From the NCBI GenBank assembly GCA_964482725.1, contig CAYZYT010000004.1, positions 104,063 through 168,062 on the forward strand: a DNA stretch of 64,000 nucleotides. Reading direction: 5' to 3'. The position numbers and the translations under genes were made by a program. Of the stretch, positions 45,187 through 55,002 are shown in pieces. The notes under the pieces are model-generated. The model was not told the origin of the DNA and searched no databases. It was given only the letters and a program-made list of their open reading frames with translations. Every line of letters starts with the position of its first letter. The first letter of the stretch is position 1. This DNA comes from an uncultured bacterium. Its GTDB lineage: Bacteria > Omnitrophota > Omnitrophia > Omnitrophales > Aquincolibacteriaceae.

Positions 45187-45885
45187 ATGAAACAAGTGAA
45201 GCGTGTCTGTGTCGTCTTGGTAGCAACGTTGTTTTTCTCTCTTGCAGGACTTTTCTCGAGTTCTCTCAGGGCGGAGGACGACGTTCCACAGCTTCCCAAG
45301 TTTTATTTAAACGACAAACCTGTCGTTTTGACGATTCAGGACTTGTCGGGTTTTGGCACCCGGCCCCTGCGCTTGCTGGTGCAAAGGAACAACCGGAGGC
45401 ATCACGACGAGCTCATCCAGGTCAACGCCCTCGGAGCGCGCGAAGGGGAAGATCTCAAAATAGTACTGGCGACCCCTTTGCCGGGGATGCGCGTGACGCT
45501 TTATAAGATCCTCCACGAAACGGAGGGGTCTCGCTCTTTAAGCATGCTCACCTCGGTTTACTTTGATAAACCCGGAGAGAAGATTTATCAGGAAAAAGTA
45601 GGATCTTTTCGCGAAGCTTTTTTCATCATCACCTTTGAAAAGACCGATTCTCCGGAGGAAAAGGACATCAACGTCCGGTATTTTGAGGAGCGGGTGAGAA
45701 AACTCGTGATCGGGGCGTACAAGACCAACTTCTTATTTTCTTCTCTGAAGCTAAAAATGAAGGATTTCGCAGATCCGGACGCCCAAGCGTTCTTTGAAAG
45801 GGACGCACAGCTTCTCGTCGATCGCCTCAGGGATCCTCGGCGGATATTCCTGATCCGACTATGGAAGGTTGATAAATCAACGTAA
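45187..45885 (+). CDS. Hypothetical exported protein
   Basis: Signal peptide from ATG 45187. Confidence 0.7.
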   Translation: MKQVKRVCVVLVATLFFSLAGLFSSSLRAEDDVPQLPKFYLNDKPVVLTIQDLSGFGTRPLRLLVQRNNRRHHDELIQVNALGAREGEDLKIVLATPLPGMRVTLYKILHETEGSRSLSMLTSVYFDKPGEKIYQEKVGSFREAFFIITFEKTDSPEEKDINVRYFEERVRKLVIGAYKTNFLFSSLKLKMKDFADPDAQAFFERDAQLLVDRLRDPRRIFLIRLWKVDKST

Positions 45886-45992
45886 CGGAGGGCGCGCTCC
45901 GATGCCGGTAATATAAAACATCAGTTCCCGTTTTTCCCGCTTTGAGTATAATGAGGTCACTGTGTGAATTTCTTTAAAGGAGATAATGAAAA

Positions 45993-47147
45993 ATGCCCAA
46001 CTCGAAAAAAGAACCTTCTAGCGCATCAAAGCTGATCAAAGGATTGGAAGGCGTTGTCGCTGCGCAGACATCTCTAAGCGATGTGGACGGGGAGAATGGC
46101 CGGCTTTTTTATCGCGGTATTCCTATCGGCGAGCTGGTCGAGAAATCCCATTTTGAGGAAGTGACTTATCACCTCTGGTACGCGAAACTTCCCAACGCCG
46201 AAGAACTCAGAATTTTCAAGGAAACGTTGAAGGCCCAAAGGCCTCTATCCGAACGCGCCCTTGAGGTCTTGAAACTTATTCCGACCAGCACACATCCTAT
46301 GAGTGCTCTCCGGACCATGTGTTCGCTGATGGGGAGTCTGGATCCACGGGCCCACATTGTGAACCCTGAGGAATCTCAGCGTAAGGCCTATCATCTGACA
46401 GGTGTTTTCCCGACCATCATCGCGGCTTTTTACAGGCTGCGCGAAGGGAAGGAGCCCATCCAGCCCGATATGACCCTTTCCCATGCGGCTAATTTTCTTT
46501 ATATGCTTAACGGGACGAAACCGACTCCGGAAATGGAGAAGGCGCTGGATGCTTATCTGATCCTGTTGGCGGATCACGGGCTTAACGCCTCGACTTTTGC
46601 GGCGCGCGTGACGACCGGGACCCTTTCCAATCTTTATTCGGCGGTCACTTCCGCGGTGGGGACCTTGGCCGGGGAGTTGCATGGGGCAGCGAACCAATAC
46701 GCGATGGAGATGATCCTGGAGATTGGGACCCCCGCGAAGGCTGTCGCGTATGTGAACCAACTTCTGGATGAGAAAAAGAAAGTGATGGGCTTCGGGCATC
46801 GTATTTATAAAACGCGCGATCCGCGTGCCGAAGCGTTCCGCCCGATTGCGCATGACCTGTGCGTCAAAGCCGGGAAAACGGAATGGATGGAGATCGCAGC
46901 CCATGTCGAGAAAGTCATGATGGACCGGAAGAAGATCCCCTGCAATGTAGACTTTTTCTCCGCGCCGGTGCTTTATGTGCTGGGATTCCCGCCGGATTTT
47001 TTTACGACGGTGTTCGCGGCAAGCCGTGTCGCCGGCTGGAGCGGCCACATTATCGAGCAGCAGTTGGACAACCGTCTCATACGGCCGCTTGCGGAATACA
47101 TCGGTCCGCAGGAACAGTATTACATCCCTCACGAAGACCGTAAGTGA
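45993..47147 (+). CDS. gltA: Citrate synthase (type I / 2-methylcitrate synthase family)
   Basis: GLEGV, DHGLNAST, LHGAAN, GFGHRIY, NVDF. Confidence 0.9.
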   Translation: MPNSKKEPSSASKLIKGLEGVVAAQTSLSDVDGENGRLFYRGIPIGELVEKSHFEEVTYHLWYAKLPNAEELRIFKETLKAQRPLSERALEVLKLIPTSTHPMSALRTMCSLMGSLDPRAHIVNPEESQRKAYHLTGVFPTIIAAFYRLREGKEPIQPDMTLSHAANFLYMLNGTKPTPEMEKALDAYLILLADHGLNASTFAARVTTGTLSNLYSAVTSAVGTLAGELHGAANQYAMEMILEIGTPAKAVAYVNQLLDEKKKVMGFGHRIYKTRDPRAEAFRPIAHDLCVKAGKTEWMEIAAHVEKVMMDRKKIPCNVDFFSAPVLYVLGFPPDFFTTVFAASRVAGWSGHIIEQQLDNRLIRPLAEYIGPQEQYYIPHEDRK

Positions 47148-47170
47148 GGGGGCGGAGTTTTTCTGCCCCA

Positions 47171-47250
47171 CTCATCCCGAGGGAGGCGAGGGCGACCGAA
47201 GGATCTTGTTTTTAAAAATAAGATTGCTTCGCCTCCAGCTCGCAATGACG
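47171..47250. repeat. CGTC-type REP-like palindrome
   Basis: TCATCCCGAG...GAAGGATCT...AGATTGCTTCG...CTCGCAATGACG. Confidence 0.7.
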
Positions 47251-47282
47251 AAATGTCGTTCATGGAGAGGCGGAATTAACGC

Positions 47283-48647
47283 ATGACCGCGAATCTTGAT
47301 TACGCGTACGATCAATACCTGAAGACCCACGAGGTTCGTGCCGTTCCCGCCATTGCCCGGTTCCGAGAGAAGCTCAAAAATCCCACGTTCGCGTACGGAC
47401 GCTTCACGGTCCCGGCTTTTTACAAAGCTTATTTTGTCACCCCCAAACAGCAGCATCTTTTAAAACGAGCCGCTTCGACCTTCTCCCAGATCCTCAACAA
47501 GACTGCGCGCCTCTATTTTGAAGAAGCACAGATGAAATCCCACTTTCACCTTTCTCCCGAGGCCGAAGAGCTTGTGAAGATCGACCCCGGCTATTCGCAG
47601 CATGTCGTTTTCAGCCGATTTGACGCGCTTCTGGAAGGAGAGAGCTTGAAGCTTTTGGAGTTCAATTGCGACGCTCCGGCCGGCGCCGCCTACACCGATC
47701 AGTTGGAGTCGGCATTCCTTTCTGAAGAGCTGATCTGGCCTTTCGCCGAGGAGCATCATTTGGTGGCCAGCGAGCGCGTTCAAAGTATTCTTTCGACGCT
47801 GCTTTCGGTCTATGAGGAGTTTGGAGGTTATGAAACGCCTCAGATCGCGATCGTGGACTGGCGGCATGCGAGGACCACCCCGGAATTTGAATACATGAAA
47901 AGCCACTTCGAGTCCAAGGGATACAAAACCACGATCGCGGATCCGCGTGAGCTTCAGTACCGGGGCGGCAAACTTTACCACAAAGGTTTTCGCGTGCATT
48001 TGGTCTACCGGCGCGTGATCTTTGATGAGCTCCTGGAACGGATCGATGAGGTTCAAGACCTGTTGCATGCTTATAAGGACAAGGCCGTCTGCGTCGTCAA
48101 CCCTTTGCGGTCGAGGCTCGCCTCCAGCAAATCGATCTTCTCGATTTTGACCACCCCGGAGTTTGACCGTTTCTTCACGGAAAACGAAAACGCGATGAAG
48201 CGCCAACATCTCCCGTGGACGCGCTGTCTTTCGGATGCCGAAGATTTCTATGGCCACCGGAAGGTCTTCCTGATCGATTTTCTAAAAGATGAGAAAGACA
48301 CGATCGTTCTGAAACCTTCGGGCTCCAGCCACGGCGCCCGGCGGGTTCACATCGGACGCGAGACGCCGGACAGCGAATGGAACGCGGCGGTGGATCGGGC
48401 ACTTAAAGAAGAGGATTGGGTGATCCAGGAGCAGGTCTCGGTCCCGGCGATGACCGTTCCCGACGTGGTGAACCAGAAGCTCGACCTCATTTACAAAAAA
48501 TACAATTTTAACATGCTGGTCTTCGGAGGAAAATACGCCGGAGGTTTTGTTCGGTTGAGCGATGAGAGCGTGATCAACGTGGCGACGGGCGGGGGCCTCA
48601 TGCCTGCGCTCTGGTCCGATGTCGCCCCGGAGCATTTTGGAGCTTGA
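47283..48647 (+). CDS. Circularly permuted ATP-grasp / glutathionylspermidine synthase-like protein
   Basis: RFD...LEFN.D.PAG, VLKP, WVIQE, R...VINVATGGG. Confidence 0.8.
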   Translation: MTANLDYAYDQYLKTHEVRAVPAIARFREKLKNPTFAYGRFTVPAFYKAYFVTPKQQHLLKRAASTFSQILNKTARLYFEEAQMKSHFHLSPEAEELVKIDPGYSQHVVFSRFDALLEGESLKLLEFNCDAPAGAAYTDQLESAFLSEELIWPFAEEHHLVASERVQSILSTLLSVYEEFGGYETPQIAIVDWRHARTTPEFEYMKSHFESKGYKTTIADPRELQYRGGKLYHKGFRVHLVYRRVIFDELLERIDEVQDLLHAYKDKAVCVVNPLRSRLASSKSIFSILTTPEFDRFFTENENAMKRQHLPWTRCLSDAEDFYGHRKVFLIDFLKDEKDTIVLKPSGSSHGARRVHIGRETPDSEWNAAVDRALKEEDWVIQEQVSVPAMTVPDVVNQKLDLIYKKYNFNMLVFGGKYAGGFVRLSDESVINVATGGGLMPALWSDVAPEHFGA

Positions 48648-48699
48648 AGCGGAAGCGAGCAGGGTGTAACTTGATGAGTGTTGTCATCCGGAGGGAAGC

Positions 48700-49149
48700 G
48701 TGAAGCCTTTGAAGAAGAAACGCATTTTTTCGAGAGAAGAAGCGGACGCTTTACTCCCCGAGCTTGAGAAAGGCCTGAAGCTTCTCCGCGCCAAAAAAGA
48801 GGCCTACAGCCGCACCCACGATCTTCTTTTTATGCATGAGCTTGTTTGCACGGCCGAGAAGAACCACGGACTTTCAGAAGAAAAAGATGACCTGGAAGAT
48901 GGCATTCATGCGCTTGAAGAAGCGATCGAGGATCTCGCCCATGATATCGAAGCGATTTTCGCCAGGGGCTGCCTTCTCCGTAATATCGAAAAAGGCCATG
49001 TTGAATTTCTAGGCAGGCATGAAGGGCGAGACGTTTATTTTTCCTGGCGCCTTGGTGAATCCAGCATTTCTCATTATCGCGAGCTTGAGAAAAAAGCCCA
49101 TGAGCGCATGCCCCTTCCCGAAAAGCCCGCAGAAAAAAAATCAAAGTAG
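48700..49149 (+). CDS. DUF2203-like protein
   Basis: FS.EEA.ALLP; G.V.F......VY..W..GE..I..Y. Confidence 0.75.
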   Translation: MKPLKKKRIFSREEADALLPELEKGLKLLRAKKEAYSRTHDLLFMHELVCTAEKNHGLSEEKDDLEDGIHALEEAIEDLAHDIEAIFARGCLLRNIEKGHVEFLGRHEGRDVYFSWRLGESSISHYRELEKKAHERMPLPEKPAEKKSK

Positions 49150-49176
49150 GAAAATCCTACAAGGAGTCGGTCCCCA

Positions 49177-50631
49177 ATGTTCTGCTGTCTGTTCAGTGAA
49201 GGAACCAAGTATAAGAATCTCTTGAACGGTCAGTGGGTGGATCCCCGGGCCAAACAATGGGACAAGATCTTTTCGCCCGCGGACGGTTCTTTGGTCGGGG
49301 AAGTGCCCGCCATGAGCCAAGACGAAGCGGATGAGTTCTTGAAATCCTCAGTCGCGGCTCAAAAATCCTGGGCCGCAGTCCCGGTGAGTGAGCGCGCCGC
49401 CATGCTCCACAAGGCGGCGGACATTCTTTTGCGCGAAAAGGACAAGATCGCGGACGTGCTAGTGCGCGAAATCGCGAAGAATAGGAAGTCTTCGCTTTCT
49501 GAAGTGACGCGCACGGCCGATCTGATCCATTTCACGGCGGAAGAAGGAAAGCGCGTCACGGGAGAAAGCCTTTCGTCGGGAGCTTTTCCAGGCTTTAGCG
49601 AAACGAAGCTTTCCATTATGAATCGCGTGCCTCTGGGTGTTGTGCTTGCGATCGCCCCCTTCAATTATCCGATCAATCTGGCAGCTTCTAAAATAGCCCC
49701 GGCGCTTGTGGCGGGGAATGCCGTGGTTTTCAAGCCGCCGACGCAAGGAGCGATCAGCGCGCTTCATTTGGCGCGGGTTTTTTGCGAAGCCGGACTTCCG
49801 GCGGGTGTTCTCAATGTTATCACCGGACAGGGCCGCGCGATCGGAGACCACCTGGTCAGTCATTCGCTCGTGAACATGGTCGCTTTCACCGGGAGCAGCA
49901 AGGTCGGGAAGCATATTGCCTCGATCGTGGGGATGAAGCCGCTTCTCCTGGAGCTTGGCGGTAAAGACGCGGCGATCGTACTCGAGGACGCCGATCTTCC
50001 TTTAACCGCGGCGCATATCGTTGCCGGCGCCTTTTCTTTTTCCGGGCAACGGTGTACGGCTGTGAAGCGTATTCTGGTCCTGGAATCCGTGGCCGACAAA
50101 CTGATCGAGCAGATTTTGCCGCTTGTGCAAAAGATGACGGTGGGCCGCCCGGAGGATGACGCGGACATCACGCCGCTAGTCTCGACGGAGGCCGCCGATT
50201 TTGTCGAGGAATTGATCCATGACGCGATCCGAAAAGGAGCGAAGCTTCTCGTAGGCAATAAACGCGAAAAGAACCTTGTCTATCCCACGCTCTTTGACCG
50301 AGTGACCGCGGATATGAGGATCGCCTGGGAAGAGCCTTTTGGTCCCGTGCTCCCGATCCTGCGGGTCAAGACGGTCGAAGAAGCGGTCCGGATCACGAAT
50401 GAATCCGAATATGGGCTCCAAGCCTCGGTTTTCACGGAAAATGTCGACGCCGCTTTCAGGGTCGGAGCGCAGTTGGATGTTGGTACAGTCCAAGTGAACG
50501 GCAAAACAGAGCGCGGTCCGGATCATTTTCCTTTTATCGGAGTGAAAAGTTCCGGAATGGGGACACAGGGGATCCGTTATTCGATCGAAGCCATGACACG
50601 CGCAAAGACGATCGTCCTCAATTTTCACTGA
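49177..50631 (+). CDS. gapN: Non-phosphorylating NADP-dependent glyceraldehyde-3-phosphate dehydrogenase
   Basis: PFNYP.NL, KPPTQG, ELGGKD, GQRCTA, EEPFGP, RGPDHFPF. Confidence 0.88.
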   Translation: MFCCLFSEGTKYKNLLNGQWVDPRAKQWDKIFSPADGSLVGEVPAMSQDEADEFLKSSVAAQKSWAAVPVSERAAMLHKAADILLREKDKIADVLVREIAKNRKSSLSEVTRTADLIHFTAEEGKRVTGESLSSGAFPGFSETKLSIMNRVPLGVVLAIAPFNYPINLAASKIAPALVAGNAVVFKPPTQGAISALHLARVFCEAGLPAGVLNVITGQGRAIGDHLVSHSLVNMVAFTGSSKVGKHIASIVGMKPLLLELGGKDAAIVLEDADLPLTAAHIVAGAFSFSGQRCTAVKRILVLESVADKLIEQILPLVQKMTVGRPEDDADITPLVSTEAADFVEELIHDAIRKGAKLLVGNKREKNLVYPTLFDRVTADMRIAWEEPFGPVLPILRVKTVEEAVRITNESEYGLQASVFTENVDAAFRVGAQLDVGTVQVNGKTERGPDHFPFIGVKSSGMGTQGIRYSIEAMTRAKTIVLNFH

Positions 50632-50650
50632 GGGGCTTGGTATAAAAAAA

Positions 50651-50677
50651 GTGACTGTCACCCAAGGTGACAGTCGC
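50651..50677. repeat. GTGACAGTCAC palindromic repeat between convergent genes
   Basis: GTGACTGTCAC-CCAAG-GTGACAGTCGC. Confidence 0.75.
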
Positions 50678-50682
50678 TAAAA

Positions 50683-52467
50683 TCAAGATTCATGCAGTGT
50701 CGGGAAGAATACCGAGAAACGCGAACCTTGGCCGGGGGTGCTTTGGCATGTGGCGCGGCCGCCATGCGCTTCCATGATGTGCTTGACGATCGCCAGACCC
50801 AGCCCCGTTCCTCCGAGTTCTTTCGATCGCGCTTTATCCACCCGAAAGAAGCGTTCGAAAATACGAGCTTGGGCTTCTTCCGGAATGCCGATCCCCGTAT
50901 CCTCGAGCGTGAGCGTCACACCGTCCGGCTTTTGATCTGCAGACAGGACGATCTTGCCCCCCCGTTTATTGAATTTGATCGCATTATCGATGAGATTAAC
51001 GAAGACTTGATGGACCTTGTCTTTGTCCCCGGATAGCCAGAGCGATCCTTCGGAAAGGCGATTTTCCACCCCGATCTTTTTTCCCAGGATCTGAGTCTTG
51101 AACTGTTCCAGGATCGCGGAAAGCTCGGAGGAAAGATCGATCTTTTCTTTCAGGGTCAGGGCTGCGCCTTGTTCGATCTCTCCCAGCGTCAGGATATCCT
51201 CCACAAGACGCCCCAGTCGATCCGTTTCCTCTGAAATGATCCGCAAGAATTTTTCGCTGGTCGGCGGATCTTTTACGCCGCCGCCCAGGAGCGTTTCAAT
51301 AAAACCTTTGATCGAGGTGAGCGGCGTGCGGAGTTCGTGCGAAACATTGGCCACGAATTCTTTGCGAATGTTTTCAAGACGGCACAGTTCCGTCATGTCA
51401 TGAAAGACCAGGATGCCGCCGATATCGCGGACATGGGCGTCCAAGACGATGACGTTGACATGAAGCGTCTTTTTTGTCTTGCCGGAGATCTGGATCTCTT
51501 CTGACGCGAGCCGCCGCTCTTTAAAAGCTTGGTCTACGATCCTCTCGAGATGGGGATGCCGTGTGACCTCGATCAGGCTTTTTCCCGCGACACTCGCGGC
51601 AGTGCATCCAAAGATCTCTTCTGCCGCAGGATTCGCCATGACGCATTGTTTGCGCCGGTCGATCGCGATCACGCCTTCGTTCATATGGCTCAGAATGACG
51701 GAGATCTTCCCCTTTTCGCTTTCAAGATCTTCGATCCTAGAACGCAGGGTAGAGGCCATTTGGTTCATGGTGTTCGCGAGCATCTTGAGTTCATCCCGGC
51801 CGTCGATCAGGATTTTTTCGGACCAGTCTTCGCGAGCGTAGCGTTTGGCCACGGAGGTGATGCGATGGATGCGTTTGCTGAGATGGTGGCTGAAAAGAAT
51901 GCCGGCCACAAGGACGACCAGGATGCCAAGGACCGCCGTGAGCATCATGGGTCTTCGGACGGAGTTTAGGATCTCATCGACGCGCGTGACCGGCATCGCC
52001 GTACGAATAACGCCCAGGATCTTCTCATGATCCAAAACAGGGAGTGCGAGGTAAAGCATCCGGGCTCCGAGGGTCGTGCTATAGCGGATGCTCATACCCG
52101 TTTCTTTTTTCAGGGCTGCTGCGACCTCGGGCCGGGTGGCATGATTGTCCATTTTGGAGAGTTGTTCCCAATTTTCGCTCGAATCCGCGAGAACCGTTCC
52201 GTCAGGATCGATGACTGTGGCACGAACATCTGTTTCTGCGGTGATTTTTTTAAGCTGTTCCTGCAGGAGCCTGGTGTTGCCAAAAAGGGGGAGCGCCAAT
52301 TCGCGGATCAGGACGGTTTGGCGGGTCAAAGAACTCTGAAGCTGCAGGAGATCGCGTTTTTGAAGAAAGTGAGAAAGAGACCAATCGGTTACAACCAAGA
52401 CAAGGATGAAAATGATACCGTACAAAACCAGGAGACGTTTGGCCAAACCGATCTTGGGAAGTCCCAT
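50683..52467 (-). CDS. phoR: Phosphate regulon sensor kinase
   Basis: 2 TM, HAMP, PAS, SHELRTPL, NAIKF, GTGLGL; Pho locus context. Confidence 0.9.
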   Translation of the reverse strand: MGLPKIGLAKRLLVLYGIIFILVLVVTDWSLSHFLQKRDLLQLQSSLTRQTVLIRELALPLFGNTRLLQEQLKKITAETDVRATVIDPDGTVLADSSENWEQLSKMDNHATRPEVAAALKKETGMSIRYSTTLGARMLYLALPVLDHEKILGVIRTAMPVTRVDEILNSVRRPMMLTAVLGILVVLVAGILFSHHLSKRIHRITSVAKRYAREDWSEKILIDGRDELKMLANTMNQMASTLRSRIEDLESEKGKISVILSHMNEGVIAIDRRKQCVMANPAAEEIFGCTAASVAGKSLIEVTRHPHLERIVDQAFKERRLASEEIQISGKTKKTLHVNVIVLDAHVRDIGGILVFHDMTELCRLENIRKEFVANVSHELRTPLTSIKGFIETLLGGGVKDPPTSEKFLRIISEETDRLGRLVEDILTLGEIEQGAALTLKEKIDLSSELSAILEQFKTQILGKKIGVENRLSEGSLWLSGDKDKVHQVFVNLIDNAIKFNKRGGKIVLSADQKPDGVTLTLEDTGIGIPEEAQARIFERFFRVDKARSKELGGTGLGLAIVKHIMEAHGGRATCQSTPGQGSRFSVFFPTLHES

Positions 52468-52468
52468 G

Positions 52469-53158
52469 TCACTCTCCGTCGAAGCGGTAGCCGACGCTTT
52501 TGACCGTGACGATCCGTTCTGCTTCTTTCCCGATCTTTTTCCGAAGTTGTCCGATGTGCATGTCCACGGTGCGTGTTTCGATATTCACGGAATTCTCATA
52601 ACCCCAGACCTTCGATAGCAGGACTTCGCGCGTCAGGACCCGTCCTTTGGAGCTTATGAGTACGCGCAAGAGCTCAAATTCTTTGGCGGTGATCTCGACG
52701 GACTTTCCCTTCAAGCGCAGTTCATGTTTTGTCACGTCCAGCTCGATCGTTCCGGACCTCAAGATCTGTTCGGGAGATTTTTCCTGTGAGCGGCGCAGCA
52801 CGGTCTTGACGCGGGCCACGAACTCCCGAGGGCTAAAAGGTTTGGTGATGTAATCATCCGCGCCGAGTTCGAGGCCGACGACTTTGTCAGATTCCGTGCC
52901 TTTTGCAGTGAGCATGATGATGGGGATCGCGTGCGTCTTGTCGTTCCGTTTGAGAGTTTTGCAAATATCAAGGCCATTCATTTCCGGGAGCATGAGATCA
53001 AGGACCACAAGCACTGGCTTCTCTCTCAGCGCCGTCTCAAGACCTGTGCTGCCCTTGGCTTCGGTAAGGACGCGAAAACCTTCCTGCTCGAGGTTGTATT
53101 TCACAAGCTCGCGGATGTTCTTCTCGTCTTCAATGAGGAGGATCGTTTCGTTTGCCAT
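52469..53158 (-). CDS. phoB: OmpR-family response regulator PhoB/PhoP
   Basis: LDLMLP, GADDYITKPF, RTVDMHI, GYRF. Confidence 0.9.
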   Translation of the reverse strand: MANETILLIEDEKNIRELVKYNLEQEGFRVLTEAKGSTGLETALREKPVLVVLDLMLPEMNGLDICKTLKRNDKTHAIPIIMLTAKGTESDKVVGLELGADDYITKPFSPREFVARVKTVLRRSQEKSPEQILRSGTIELDVTKHELRLKGKSVEITAKEFELLRVLISSKGRVLTREVLLSKVWGYENSVNIETRTVDMHIGQLRKKIGKEAERIVTVKSVGYRFDGE

Positions 53159-53222
53159 AAGGTTTTAAGCGTGTGGATTTTACCATAACGAGAGGTCCCA
53201 AGGGGAGGACATCCTTGGTTCA

Positions 53223-53266
53223 TTACACGCTTTTTACATGTCCGTCATAACGGCTTTACGCGGATT
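53223..53266 (+). promoter_or_regulatory. Pho-box array (4 units, 11-bp period)
   Basis: TTACAC (53223), TTACAT (53234), TCATAA (53245), TTACGC (53256). Confidence 0.7.
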
Positions 53267-53326
53267 TTTTATACTTCGGACATGAAAACGAAACGATTTC
53301 CATTTAACCGGAGGAGAACGAATCTT

Positions 53327-54847
53327 ATGAAACACCACCCTTTCACAAAACTGGCGAGCATTTTAGTTATTTGCCTTATGACTTTTTCGTCCTCAGTCTT
53401 CGCGAGCGATGCTGAACTCATGGCCTTGGTCCAGAATATGCAGAAACAGATGAACGCACTGCAGACGACCGTTATGGCGCAGAAAACAGAGCTCGAGGCG
53501 CTGAAGGCGGGTGGCGGCGGGAAGATCCAGATGGCCCCAAGCGGCGTGGAAGCGACTCCTCCCATGAGCGAAGCGGAATTCGCCCAGCGCTTAGGCGATG
53601 CTACTGGGGGCGCCAATAAATGGCTCAAAGACCTCAAGTTCTCGGGCGACCTCCGCTTGAGGTATGAAGCTTTCCACCTGAATACAGGTAATAATTATAA
53701 GAACGCAGACGGTACGTACAGCGGGAATCAGCCCGACCGAAACCGTTTCCGTATTCGCTTGCGTTATGGGTTCGAGAAAACCTTTAATCCGGAAATGAAA
53801 GTCGGTTTTTCAATGGCCAGTGGCGAGAAAAAAGGCACCATCGGTGAAAACATTGATCCAGTCTCTACGAATCAGAGTTTGAACAATGATTTCAATTTCA
53901 AGAGTATTTGGATTGAAAAAGCCTACGCAACGTACACGCCGGAATGGGCGAAAGTCGGTATCTCGGACGGTCCGAAAATCGAGGGCCTGGAGGTCACGGC
54001 CGGTAAATTCACGAATCCCTTCGAAAAAGGATCGACCGATATGATCTGGGATCGAGATCTGAAGCCGGAGGGTGTCTATGAAAAAATTGATGCCAAGCTT
54101 ATGGATACTGAGAACTTCGATCTCAAGACCTATTTGACGGCAGGGCAGTTCGTTCTTAGGGAGTCAGGAACTACCGGAACCAAAGATGCAAACCTTTGGG
54201 CGTATCAGGCCGGAGTGAACCCTGTTTTCTATGTGCCGGGCATGGAAAGACCTGTGGATGCTCTCTCAGCCCTTTCCATCTATAGCTATCAGAATTATGC
54301 CCGCTTGGGTAATTTTACGATCGATGGTACCAGTCAGGCCAATGGTAATCCAACCTACAACACGACCACGTTGGCGGCACGAAACTTTAATATCTTGAGC
54401 TTTTATCAAGAGGTTAATTTTTTCCCTCACGGGATCCCCGTGAAGCCGTTCGCCGAATTTGCGCGCAATATGAGTAACCAGTCCGGCAACCCTGCTGCGG
54501 CTCCGTTTAACGGAATGCAAGGCGGTGCGGATGCCTGGTCCTTAGGCATCACACTTGGAAAACTGATGAAGAAGGGGGATTGGCAGGGGAGCTATCAATA
54601 TAAGTACATCGGGGCAAACTCTGTGGTAGGTGCTTTTAACGACAGCGACTTTGGCGGTTATAACTATGGCGGCACCGACAAGGCCGGCAGTGTCATCAAG
54701 TTGGGATATAACCTTACAGACTATCTGACGGTGAACGGCGCATGCTATCTCGTGCGGCCGATCACCGTGAGGGATAACACGAGTAACGGCATGCAGTTGG
54801 ATCAATCGGTCCGAAGGTTCCAGCTGGATATGACTTACAAGTTCTAA
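53327..54847 (+). CDS. Outer-membrane porin (putative porin family, phosphate-related)
   Basis: Signal peptide, coiled coil, DLRLRYE, RNRFRIRLR, terminal Phe; sits upstream of pstS. Confidence 0.85.
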   Translation: MKHHPFTKLASILVICLMTFSSSVFASDAELMALVQNMQKQMNALQTTVMAQKTELEALKAGGGGKIQMAPSGVEATPPMSEAEFAQRLGDATGGANKWLKDLKFSGDLRLRYEAFHLNTGNNYKNADGTYSGNQPDRNRFRIRLRYGFEKTFNPEMKVGFSMASGEKKGTIGENIDPVSTNQSLNNDFNFKSIWIEKAYATYTPEWAKVGISDGPKIEGLEVTAGKFTNPFEKGSTDMIWDRDLKPEGVYEKIDAKLMDTENFDLKTYLTAGQFVLRESGTTGTKDANLWAYQAGVNPVFYVPGMERPVDALSALSIYSYQNYARLGNFTIDGTSQANGNPTYNTTTLAARNFNILSFYQEVNFFPHGIPVKPFAEFARNMSNQSGNPAAAPFNGMQGGADAWSLGITLGKLMKKGDWQGSYQYKYIGANSVVGAFNDSDFGGYNYGGTDKAGSVIKLGYNLTDYLTVNGACYLVRPITVRDNTSNGMQLDQSVRRFQLDMTYKF

Positions 54848-54875
54848 GCAGCCGAGCAAAAGTGTTTGGCCTTTG

Positions 54876-54909
54876 CAGGGACGGTTCTCCCGAAAGAGAA
54901 CCGTCCCTG
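54876..54909. repeat. 14-bp-stem hairpin CAGGGACGGTTCTC/GAGAACCGTCCCTG
   Basis: Perfect stem; the same stem occurs at 21611-21646. Confidence 0.85.
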
Positions 54910-54930
54910 ATTAACAGCCAGGATAGAGTT

Positions 54931-54947
54931 TTACACGGATTTTACAT
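54931..54947 (+). promoter_or_regulatory. Pho box upstream of pstS
   Basis: TTACAC (54931) and TTACAT (54942), 11 bp apart. Confidence 0.7.
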
Positions 54948-55002
54948 CAACCAGAGCCGGGCCATCGTAGAATGATGCCCATGATAAAAGAGGGGGTTTG
55001 AG

